This document shows, in pieces, positions 9,612-18,012 of a stretch of DNA of 64,000 nucleotides. The stretch is from an uncultured bacterium (GTDB lineage Bacteria > CSSED10-310 > CALFER01), in the NCBI GenBank assembly GCA_937951895.1, contig CALFER010000038.1, forward strand, positions 67,029 to 131,028. Reading direction: 5' to 3'. The stretch's first letter is position 1; every line of letters starts with the position of its first letter. Under the pieces are notes generated by a model, which made no database searches, was not told the DNA's origin, and saw only the letters and a program-made list of their open reading frames with translations. Position numbers and translations under genes: made by a program.

Positions 9612-10795
9612 GGTTTTTTCTTGGTTTTCCCGAGCAGGAAATCTTCGAGTGCCTTGGTAGCCAGTTTCTCGGCACGGGATTCCTGTCGCTTTTCCAGTTC
9701 GGAGACCAGCACGCATTCGATTTCGAGTTTGAGATTCAGGTTGATGTGCGAGACGTCGTCGTCTTTTGAGACTTTGATCGGGATACGAATTTTCTGAACG
9801 ACATCCTTGTCGATGACATGACCTTCGGCTTCGGTTCCCGGCCGGGTGCCCACCGGTATGGAGACAGCCGGGGCGGAAGCATGGATCGTGACCTTCTGTT
9901 CCGGAACCGGCCGGGGTGGTGCGACCGGAGCGGCAACGGGTTCTTCATCGAACGGAATGGAGTCGTCTTCTTCGAGACCCGGAGGGGGTGGAGCAAGTTC
10001 GACTTCCGGTTCCGGGACTTGACGGGGCGGAACCTGTGGAGGGGTGGTCTTCTCCGGAGTGGGTCGCGATGCGACCGGAGGAACGATTCGGGGCGGTTCA
10101 GGTGCGGGAACAACCGGTTTGGCTACCTGAGCGACGTCACCTCCAAGCGCCCGAAAGAGCTCCTCTTCGAACAGTTTCATTTCGGGTGAATCTTCCGCCA
10201 GATCCTCTCCGGCTTTCTTTCTGAGATGTCTGAGTGTCAGTTTGGCGATCCCGGCAAGAGATTCCATGACACCGGCACCGGACATGGCGACGGATTCATA
10301 GAATGGGACATCCATGAAATTGAGATGCCGGTTGAGGACGTTGACCGGGAGAATGCCAGGGAGATCGCGTTTGTTGTATTGGATGACCCAGGGGATTTTG
10401 CGGAGTGAGAGTTTTTGTTCGTTGAGATTTTCCTGGAGGTTTTCGAGGCTTTCGATATTGGCATCGAGCATGGGTTCCTGGGAATCCGCAACGAAGACGA
10501 TCCCATCGACGCCTTTGAGCACGAGTTTTCGTGTGGAGTTATAGAAGACCTGGCCCGGGACCGTATACAACTGGATACGCGTGGTGAAATCGCCAACCTT
10601 GCCGAGACTCAGGGGCAGCAGATCGAAGAAAAGCGTTCGATCCGTTTCGGTCGCCAAAGAAACCATCTCTCCGCGCCGAGCCTGCGGCATTTGATTGAAA
10701 ATCCACTTGAGGTTTGTCGTTTTGCCGCAGAGACCCGGGCCGTAATACACGATCTTTGCCGACATTTCCATCGATGCGTAGTTGAAAAATACCAT
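9608..10795 (-). CDS. MglA-like small Ras-family GTPase with Pro-rich linker and C-terminal extension
   Basis: N-terminus MVFFNYASMEMSAKIVYYGPGLCGKTTNLKWI closely resembles the MglA N-terminus and P-loop. It also has a DLLPLS...YTVPGQ switch region and NKRD. Residues 215-300 are a Pro-rich low-complexity linker followed by an 80-aa C-terminal domain. Confidence 0.8.
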   Translation of the reverse strand: MVFFNYASMEMSAKIVYYGPGLCGKTTNLKWIFNQMPQARRGEMVSLATETDRTLFFDLLPLSLGKVGDFTTRIQLYTVPGQVFYNSTRKLVLKGVDGIVFVADSQEPMLDANIESLENLQENLNEQKLSLRKIPWVIQYNKRDLPGILPVNVLNRHLNFMDVPFYESVAMSGAGVMESLAGIAKLTLRHLRKKAGEDLAEDSPEMKLFEEELFRALGGDVAQVAKPVVPAPEPPRIVPPVASRPTPEKTTPPQVPPRQVPEPEVELAPPPPGLEEDDSIPFDEEPVAAPVAPPRPVPEQKVTIHASAPAVSIPVGTRPGTEAEGHVIDKDVVQKIRIPIKVSKDDDVSHINLNLKLEIECVLVSELEKRQESRAEKLATKALEDFLLGKTKKKP

Positions 10796-11095
10796 ATGGG
10801 CCCGATCTCCTTTGAAGAACGCTGCAAGGTTCCTATATATCTCAAGCTACGTCATTTTTGCAAGCCATCATTAGGCGACTATACAGGAGTCATGCCGATT
10901 CGTCAAGCGGGCAATTCGGCATCCGGCAGCCTGTTGTCAACCTGCGAAAATGCGTTTCCGAACTCTTGAGAAGCAAGCGTTTCCAATCCGCGACGGATTG
11001 ACAAAAACACGGATTCCATGATAGAATATTTTCTCGTTGCAGTGCACGATTCAAACCCATGTCCCATTGGTCGGTCCGCTCGAGGAGGTTTGGTC

Positions 11096-13891
11096 ATGGA
11101 TTCTTTTCGCTTCTTCATTCCCAGAGTGTGTTCTGCCCTGGTGCCGATCGTCGTCCTCCTGATCGCTTCACCCGCCATCGCTCAGATCGCCATCAACGAA
11201 GTCCTGTACGACCCGTCAGGCTCCGATACAGGATCAGAATACGTCGAAATCGTCAATACCTCCCCTTCCGCGATCGATATCACCGGCTTCGAACTCAAGC
11301 TGGCCGACAGCAACTACTTCACCTTTCCTGCTTTTTCCATCCCCGGAAACGGCCGGATCCTCGTTCATAACAATCTCGACGGCACGCACACTCCCACCGA
11401 GTTTTTCACGGGACCGCTCACAAACATGGGCAACACATCCGGCAGCGTCGCCTTGTTTTCCGGAGTGCATGCGACGACCAACATCGTCGATTTCATGCAG
11501 TACGGCACTTCCGGTCAGCAGTGGGAAAGCGCCGCCGTCGCGGCCACGATCTGGACGTCCGGCGATGCCATCGCGGATGCACCCGAAGGATTCTCGGTCA
11601 ATCTGTACCCGGATTCCGTCGACACGAACTCGAGTTCCGACTGGTCGCAGTGCACACCCAGTCCCCTCGACCCCAACTGCGCACCTCCGACGGCGACACC
11701 GACGGCTCCACCCACCGCCACCCTGACCGCCACTCCCACATCGACCGAACCACCGTCACCGTCGGCAACACCGACCGTGACATCGACCGGAAATCCTCCC
11801 ACACACACACCGACGCCCATTCCTTCTTCAACGTCCACGCCCACACTCTCCCCCAGCCCGACCCGAACCGCGACACCCTCCCCGACACGGACGCCGACAC
11901 CGACAAGAACCCCGACACCCACAGGAACCTCCCCGCCCACCCCGACTCCAACCTCGCCCCCTGTCGAATTTCCGGTTTCCATCAATGAAGTTTTTTATGA
12001 CCCGGCCGGCACCGATACGGGTCTCGAGTGGATCGAACTGATCAATACAGGCGCGCTGCCTGTCGATCTGACCGGATACGAACTGAAACCGGACGGAGCT
12101 CCTTACTATGTTTTCCCGTCGTTCATCCTCGGATCCGGATCGCGAGTCGCCGTTCATATCAATCTGTCGGGAACGGATACGGAATCCGAGTTATTCACAG
12201 GTCCATCTTCGAACATGGGTAATACAGCCGGCAGCATCGTGCTGTTCACAGGTTCGGTTCATTCCGCCGACACGATCCGGGATTTCATGCAGTATGGGGC
12301 AGGCGGGCAGAGTTGGGAGAGCACGGCGGTGAGTGCCGGTATCTGGACGGCGGGCGATACCGCCGCGGATATCGAGGAAGGTCTCTCCTTGAATTTGGAT
12401 CCGGACGGAAACGATACCGACAGCGCGTCGGATTGGTACGGTTGTGCACCGACACTGCTGACGGTGAACTGTGAATCATCCCCCCCGACATTCACTCCGA
12501 CCACAGGACCGGGATCGCCGACCACGACGCCTCCCCCTTCGCCAACCTCGACCCCCAGCCTTCGTCTCGGCGTCGTCATCAACGAACTGTTCCCCGACCC
12601 GACAGGCAGCGATACCGGTTTTGAATTTGTCGAGCTTTACAACAACAGTTCCACGCCGGTCAATCTGACCGGATACGATCTCAAAGCAGATGATGCCGCC
12701 TACTATACCTTCCCGGAATTCACGCTCGATCCGGATTCCTATGTCACGATTCACATCAACACGTCCGGGACGGACACCGAGACCGATCTGTACACCGGGG
12801 CATCCTCGAACATGGGCAATACGACAGGATTCATCGCCCTGTTCAATTCGACCACGCATGGCTCATCCACTCTCATCGATTACATCGAGTATGGTGCCGG
12901 TGGTCAGACATGGGAATCGAGTGCGGTTTCGGCCGGCATCTGGACGGAGGGCGATTTCGCCCAGGCAGCCGTCGAAGGGGAATCGATCAACCTTTGTCCG
13001 AACGGCCACGATGTCAATCTCGGATCAAACTGGCTGACCGATCTTCCGACGGCCGGGAACGCCAATACATGCTCAGCGCCGCCCCCCTCACCCACAGCCA
13101 CACCGACCACGGGACCAACCTCGACACCAACGATCACACCGACGCCGCATCCGACGGTCGAACCGGTCATTCAGATGGCCGGCTTCGGATCGACCCATTA
13201 CCGGATCGCCACAGGCGGTCGCATCCAGTTCATTGCATGGATCACTGATCCGGATCAGAACGTGGATGCAGTCGAGGTGTCCTATGCCGGATTACCGCTG
13301 TTCGAGTTAGAGGATGATGGCCAGCATGGGGATTTCGGGGCGGGTGATGGTCTGTACGGCTATCAGTTGGAACTTTCACCGGCAGGATATGCTCCGGCAG
13401 GAACACCTCTCCGGCTGCTTTTCCGGATCGTCGCATCCGACCGGGACGGGTACGACAGCGTGCCCTGGCCGCTTCTTTCAGTCTCAGGCGGATCAGGGGG
13501 ATTCGAGTCACCGGACATTCCATCCTGGTGGCTCAGCGCGTCCACACGGGCACCGGCGGCGCAAGCGGACGCACCGGACATTTTCATGGCGGGATACCTG
13601 GATTCGCGTGTTTCGGCCGCGAGCGGCGGGACGCTGAAAATCGTCGCGGTGACCCAGGGGATTCATCCTGTCTCGTCGGTCGAGATCTTCATCAACGGGA
13701 TCGCGACGGGAGTGTTTTTGCGGGACGACGGTATGAATGACGATTTCTCTCCCGGAGACGGTGTCTTCGGTTTGAGAATCCCTCTCTCGCCCGGCAGCCT
13801 GCCCGCCGGCGATTATCTGATCCAACTGCAGGCCGTCGATGTGACAGGCACTGCCAGTGATCTCTGGCCCTATCTGACAACCGGCGACTGA
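11096..13891 (+). CDS. Secreted protein with three lamin-tail-domain (LTD) repeats separated by Pro/Thr-rich linkers
   Basis: RBS GAGGAGG then ATG at 11096. Signal peptide ends AIAQIA. Three copies of the LTD signature I(N)E(V/L)(L/F)YDP.G.D.G.E(Y/W/F)(V/I)EL.N....(V/I)DLTGY.LK.......Y.FP.. appear at about 11.17, 11.97 and 12.57 kb, each followed by a PT-rich linker. Confidence 0.8.
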   Translation: MDSFRFFIPRVCSALVPIVVLLIASPAIAQIAINEVLYDPSGSDTGSEYVEIVNTSPSAIDITGFELKLADSNYFTFPAFSIPGNGRILVHNNLDGTHTPTEFFTGPLTNMGNTSGSVALFSGVHATTNIVDFMQYGTSGQQWESAAVAATIWTSGDAIADAPEGFSVNLYPDSVDTNSSSDWSQCTPSPLDPNCAPPTATPTAPPTATLTATPTSTEPPSPSATPTVTSTGNPPTHTPTPIPSSTSTPTLSPSPTRTATPSPTRTPTPTRTPTPTGTSPPTPTPTSPPVEFPVSINEVFYDPAGTDTGLEWIELINTGALPVDLTGYELKPDGAPYYVFPSFILGSGSRVAVHINLSGTDTESELFTGPSSNMGNTAGSIVLFTGSVHSADTIRDFMQYGAGGQSWESTAVSAGIWTAGDTAADIEEGLSLNLDPDGNDTDSASDWYGCAPTLLTVNCESSPPTFTPTTGPGSPTTTPPPSPTSTPSLRLGVVINELFPDPTGSDTGFEFVELYNNSSTPVNLTGYDLKADDAAYYTFPEFTLDPDSYVTIHINTSGTDTETDLYTGASSNMGNTTGFIALFNSTTHGSSTLIDYIEYGAGGQTWESSAVSAGIWTEGDFAQAAVEGESINLCPNGHDVNLGSNWLTDLPTAGNANTCSAPPPSPTATPTTGPTSTPTITPTPHPTVEPVIQMAGFGSTHYRIATGGRIQFIAWITDPDQNVDAVEVSYAGLPLFELEDDGQHGDFGAGDGLYGYQLELSPAGYAPAGTPLRLLFRIVASDRDGYDSVPWPLLSVSGGSGGFESPDIPSWWLSASTRAPAAQADAPDIFMAGYLDSRVSAASGGTLKIVAVTQGIHPVSSVEIFINGIATGVFLRDDGMNDDFSPGDGVFGLRIPLSPGSLPAGDYLIQLQAVDVTGTASDLWPYLTTGD
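11690..11960 (+). repeat. Low-complexity Pro/Thr-codon tandem repeats (ACNCCGACN-type) inside the LTD protein gene. Similar tracts occur at about 12480-12560 and 13075-13150
   Basis: Reiterated cgacaccgac / ccgacacc units encoding PTATPTAPPTATLTATPTSTEPPSPSATPTVTSTGNPPTHTPTPIPSSTSTPTLSPSPTRTATPSPTRTPTPTRTPTPTGTSPPTPTPTSPP. Confidence 0.6.
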
Positions 13892-13917
13892 TTCGATTCG
13901 CCCGGACCAGGAGACAT

Positions 13918-14223
13918 ATGATTTGCGAATTCACCGTTTCACCGATGGGATCTTCTGTATCTCTGAGCGCTCAGATTGCGACAATCATCGATCGGATCGA
14001 CCGCAGTGGGCTTCCCTACCAGACACATGCGATGGGGACGATCGTCGAGGGTTCCTGGGATGACATCATGGCGTTGATCCGCCAGTGCCACGAACTGATT
14101 CTCGAGAACAACGAACGGGTCACGACGAGTATCCGAATCGACGACAGGAAGGGTTGTTCGGGACGACTCCAGGGGAAGATCGATTCCGTCGAACACCGAC
14201 TTGGACGAAAGATCAGACGCTGA
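13918..14223 (+). CDS. MTH1187/YkoF-family (UPF0045) small protein
   Basis: MICEFTVSPMGSSVSLSAQIATIIDRIDRSGLPYQTHAMGTIVEGSWDDIMALI matches the MTH1187/YkoF fold family consensus (ISV.P.G...S.S..VA.....L...GL.Y..H.MGT..EG). The stop TGA overlaps the ATG of the next gene (TGATG). Confidence 0.65.
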   Translation: MICEFTVSPMGSSVSLSAQIATIIDRIDRSGLPYQTHAMGTIVEGSWDDIMALIRQCHELILENNERVTTSIRIDDRKGCSGRLQGKIDSVEHRLGRKIRR

Positions 14224-17162
14224 TGTTCAAACCGAGTCACAGGCTGGAAAAGAAGCTGCTTCGAGCGTTCAAGGCACGAATCAAGGGAGATGCGCATTTC
14301 GATCCCTACACGTTAACCCAGTATTCGACCGCCGCCTGCAATTATCGCATCCGTCCGTTTGGTGTGGTCATGCCGAAGGATGGAGACGATGTTGCTGCAA
14401 TTGTCGCCATTGCCCATGATTACGGGATTCCGATCACGGCGCGAGGCGCAGGAGTCGGTCTCACCGGATCCGCTCTCGGGCAGGGGTTGATTGTCGATTT
14501 TTCGCGATATATGCATCGAATTCTTTCGATCGATGCCGATCACCACCGCATCATCGTCGAACCCGGAATCGTGTTGAACGATCTGCAACGGGCCGTCAGC
14601 CGTCATGGTCTGTATTTCCCGCCCGATCCATCGAGTCATCAGTATTGCACAATCGGCGGAATGGTCGCGAACAACGCAGCAGGTGCGCACTCGCTGAAAT
14701 ACGGATCGACCCGTCAGCACATCGAATCCCTGACAGCGGTTCTGGCGTCCGGACGCGAGTACCGGATCTCCCGGGACATGAAGGAAACCGTCGGCTCAGA
14801 CAGCGAACTCGACCGGTTGATTCCGAGCATCCGGGAGATTCTGACCCGGCATGATCAAGACCTGATCACGCACCTTCCCCAGACGACAAAAAATGCGAGT
14901 GGGTATCTGATCGGTGATGTGCTGCACCCGGACGGCGGATTGGACCTGGCCGGGCTGCTCGCGGCATCCGAAGGCACACTGGCGTTGTATACGGGAATCG
15001 AGCTGAGACTCAGCCCCAAACCCCTGTACGACGGTCTCTGCCTCCTTTTTTTCAATTCTCTGGAAGCCGCCTGCCAGTCGGTTCTCGACGTCCGCCCCTT
15101 GCAGCCCAGCATGCTGGAAATCATGGAAGACACCTTCATCCGGCTTGTCAGAAAAAGCGCGTTCGAGGTGGGCGTTCCATTCCCTCAGAATCTCAAAGCC
15201 ATGTTGCTCGTGGAGTTCGACGGAGATGATCCGGATCGGATCTCGGAGCAACTCGACACTCTCGAACGCATGTTCTGCGGCCCGGGAAAACCGGCAATCA
15301 GTTCGAGGCGGGCGACCCATGGGGACGAAAAAGAGAAGTTGCTGAAGGTTCGGAATGCCGCAAGCCCGATTCTGAATCGGACACCGTATCCGCTCAAACC
15401 GATCCGTTTCATCGAAGATGGCACGGTGCCTGTCGAGCATCTTCCCGCTTACATTCCGGGGCTGCATGATATCTTCAGGAAAAACGACGTGACCGGTGTC
15501 ATTTTCGGGCATGCCGGAGACGGTAATATTCATGTGAATCCGTTTTTCGACATGAGCGACCCTGAGTTTGAACTCCGTATGGAGCGTATCGCGGCATCCG
15601 TCGCGGATCTCATCCTCGAGTTTCGAGGGAGTCTGAGTGGTGAACATGGGGATGGACTGCTGCGTACGCCCTATCTCAGGAAGATGATGGGGCCTGCGTA
15701 TGAGGCATTCATCGAGATAAAAAAGGCATTTGATCCGGATGGCATACTGAATCCCGGAAAAATCGTCGGGGCCGATGGTCAAACCATCACCGACAGCATG
15801 AAACTCCTCGAATCACGCTGCTATTCGACCGCTTTTTCGGATCTCACCCGGGAAACCGTCCTGGCTCATCTGTTCAGGTGCAGCGGCTGCGGTGCGTGCC
15901 GATCCTATTGTCCGGTGTTCCTGGCCACGCAGAACGAGCAGGCTTCACCACGCGCGAAAGTCAACCTGCTCCAGAAAATCCTTCTCGAGCCCCGAATAGA
16001 CAAGTATTGGGGAATCGGCCCGGATGAGAACGAAATTTTCAATTTATGTGTCGGCTGTGAGAATTGCCTGACGGAATGCCCTTCAGGTGTCGACGTGGCT
16101 TATCTCGTGCGTCAGGCCAAACACAATCACATTCGGAACTGGGGCATTCCGGTGCCGGAAAAGTGGATGGCGTCTACGCGGGCAATCGCAGCATCGGGTG
16201 CGGTGTTTCCGGATCTGACCAACCGTCTCCTTTCTTCGCCCCTGTTTCGCAGGACACTCGATGTTGTAGCCGGGATCGATGCCCGTCGAGGGCTTCCGGC
16301 ATTCGCTCAGCATCCGCTGGAAACAGTTCATTCCAGTTACCCCGATTCACCTCCGGCCAACGGTGGCCGGGTCGTATATTTCCCGGGTTGTTTCGCGATT
16401 TATAACGATCCGGAAGGGGAAGGCGCCGCCATTCTGTCGCTGATGATGCACCATGATGTTCTTCCGCTGATTCCGCGAACGGAGTGTTGCGGGATTGCGC
16501 GGATCGAGATCGGGGATATGGATGCGGTTCGCGGGGATGCGGTTCGAAACGTCGAAATTCTTTCCGAGTATGTGCAGGGCGGGTATCGAATCATCACGGG
16601 GTCGCCGAGTTGTGCGATGGCTTTGAAGCATCATTATCCCGAGATTTTGGATTCACCGGAATCCAGAGCGGTCGGTGACGCGGTTCGGGATCTGCACGAG
16701 TGGTTGGAGGATTTGATCCGGAACGGTCTCTTCGACATGTCGCTCAAGCCGTTGTCATACCGTGTTGCCGTTCATCAACCGTGCCACCTGCGCGCTCAGA
16801 AGATCGGTCGGTTACCCGGGAAACTGCTCAGAATGATACCCGGATTGGATCTGATCGATCTCTCTCCGCGCTGCTGCGGAATCTCAGGCACCTATGGGAT
16901 GAAATCGCATCGATTCGACATGTCGATGCGGATCGGGCAATCGCTTTTCATAGAAATCCGCCGAGCGGCACCGGATCTGGTTGTGAGTTCATGCGGAACG
17001 TGCAGACTCCAGATCGAGCAGGCGACGGGGATTCCGACCCTTCATCCTGCGGCATTGTTCGCAGAATCGCTGAACCTGATCGTTGTTCCCCGCAGACTCA
17101 GATTATTGTGCGGATCGGCGCACGACGGCGGGGTCACCGAGATGCGCATGGCGCGTGAATGA
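14223..17162 (+). CDS. YdiJ-like FAD-linked oxidase fused to Fe-S/CCG (GlcF/HdrD-like) domains; putative D-2-hydroxyacid dehydrogenase
   Basis: About 980 aa. GlcD-like FAD-binding N-terminus (ARGAGVGLTGSAL, ...GGMVANNAAGAHSLKYG). Two ferredoxin-like Cys clusters (CSGCGACRSYCP, CVGCENCLTECP). Two CCG domains (CCGIARIEIG...; CCGISGTYGM...). Same size and architecture as E. coli YdiJ. Confidence 0.85.
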   Translation: MFKPSHRLEKKLLRAFKARIKGDAHFDPYTLTQYSTAACNYRIRPFGVVMPKDGDDVAAIVAIAHDYGIPITARGAGVGLTGSALGQGLIVDFSRYMHRILSIDADHHRIIVEPGIVLNDLQRAVSRHGLYFPPDPSSHQYCTIGGMVANNAAGAHSLKYGSTRQHIESLTAVLASGREYRISRDMKETVGSDSELDRLIPSIREILTRHDQDLITHLPQTTKNASGYLIGDVLHPDGGLDLAGLLAASEGTLALYTGIELRLSPKPLYDGLCLLFFNSLEAACQSVLDVRPLQPSMLEIMEDTFIRLVRKSAFEVGVPFPQNLKAMLLVEFDGDDPDRISEQLDTLERMFCGPGKPAISSRRATHGDEKEKLLKVRNAASPILNRTPYPLKPIRFIEDGTVPVEHLPAYIPGLHDIFRKNDVTGVIFGHAGDGNIHVNPFFDMSDPEFELRMERIAASVADLILEFRGSLSGEHGDGLLRTPYLRKMMGPAYEAFIEIKKAFDPDGILNPGKIVGADGQTITDSMKLLESRCYSTAFSDLTRETVLAHLFRCSGCGACRSYCPVFLATQNEQASPRAKVNLLQKILLEPRIDKYWGIGPDENEIFNLCVGCENCLTECPSGVDVAYLVRQAKHNHIRNWGIPVPEKWMASTRAIAASGAVFPDLTNRLLSSPLFRRTLDVVAGIDARRGLPAFAQHPLETVHSSYPDSPPANGGRVVYFPGCFAIYNDPEGEGAAILSLMMHHDVLPLIPRTECCGIARIEIGDMDAVRGDAVRNVEILSEYVQGGYRIITGSPSCAMALKHHYPEILDSPESRAVGDAVRDLHEWLEDLIRNGLFDMSLKPLSYRVAVHQPCHLRAQKIGRLPGKLLRMIPGLDLIDLSPRCCGISGTYGMKSHRFDMSMRIGQSLFIEIRRAAPDLVVSSCGTCRLQIEQATGIPTLHPAALFAESLNLIVVPRRLRLLCGSAHDGGVTEMRMARE

Positions 17163-17252
17163 TCCTTTTAAGCGATTATTGGCGGATTCCATCATCTTGC
17201 CGTTGTGCGAGGTCTGGTGTAGGATACGCCTGATCGATTTCCTTGGGGGGAT

Positions 17253-17993
17253 TTGATTGTGAGCCGAAAGGGAACGGAGACAAGTTTTTTTCTGGTCAGT
17301 CACCAGGCCAAGACCATTCGCTTGAACAAGCAGCAACCGACAACGATCGGAAGGGAAAAATACAACGACGTTGTGCTCAATGACCTGCTCGTGTCACGCC
17401 AACACGCCGTGATCCGATGGGAAAAAGATCATTTTCTCCTGAAAGACCTCAAAAGCCGCAACGGTACCTACCTCAACAATGATCGGATCGAACAGGAAAA
17501 GCTTCAGGACGGGGATCTGCTGAAGATCGGAGCATACGAGTTTTACGTCAGGGCCGCGACGCCGATGGATGTCGAGAAGCATTTATTGCAGGAACGGGTT
17601 CGGATGGCGAGTCAGGAGACGATGGTTGATGCGGATCTCGGAATCCGCTTCAGTGATTCTGGTTTCTCCGGTACACTCTCCAGCCTCGCTCTTCTGGAAG
17701 TCATTCAGACGTTGAATCAATGTCTGAAAACGGGTGTGCTTACGATTGTCGGAGATGCCGCGGTCGGGATGGGGCATGTCTATTTTGAGGATGGAGAAAT
17801 CGTCCATGCTCAGGTGGGGAACGAGGATGCCTTTTCGGCCCTGATGGTGTTGATGTATCTCACCGATGGACAATTCGAATTTCAGAATGATGTCCCCAGT
17901 CCCGTGAAGACGATCAATCAACCAACCATGGGTATTCTGCTCGAAGCCTGTCGCCGAAAAGACGAAGCGCACCGGGAAAACACCCGATCCTGA
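17253..17993 (+). CDS. FHA-domain protein with C-terminal DUF4388-like domain
   Basis: TTG start preceded by GGGGGG. FHA: TIGREKYNDVVLNDLLVSRQHAVIRWEKDHFLLKDLKSRNGTYLN. C-terminal GTLSSLALLEVIQTLNQCLKTGVLTI...FEDGEIVHAQVG matches the DUF4388 pattern. Confidence 0.7.
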   Translation: MIVSRKGTETSFFLVSHQAKTIRLNKQQPTTIGREKYNDVVLNDLLVSRQHAVIRWEKDHFLLKDLKSRNGTYLNNDRIEQEKLQDGDLLKIGAYEFYVRAATPMDVEKHLLQERVRMASQETMVDADLGIRFSDSGFSGTLSSLALLEVIQTLNQCLKTGVLTIVGDAAVGMGHVYFEDGEIVHAQVGNEDAFSALMVLMYLTDGQFEFQNDVPSPVKTINQPTMGILLEACRRKDEAHRENTRS

Positions 17994-18012
17994 ACCACAT
18001 GTAATCCGGGTA

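Noticed and set aside
10903-11178. 91-aa minus ORF in the divergent spacer between the MglA-like and LTD genes
   Set aside because: It overlaps the RBS and start of the LTD gene and has no RBS or motifs of its own. The spacer is more plausibly a divergent promoter region.
11515-11985. Several overlapping ORFs on both strands within the PT-repeat region of the LTD gene (11469..11726, 11515..11985, 11521..11988, 11598..11951)
   Set aside because: They are artefacts of the low-complexity repetitive DNA. The LTD reading frame is the only one with domain content and a signal peptide.
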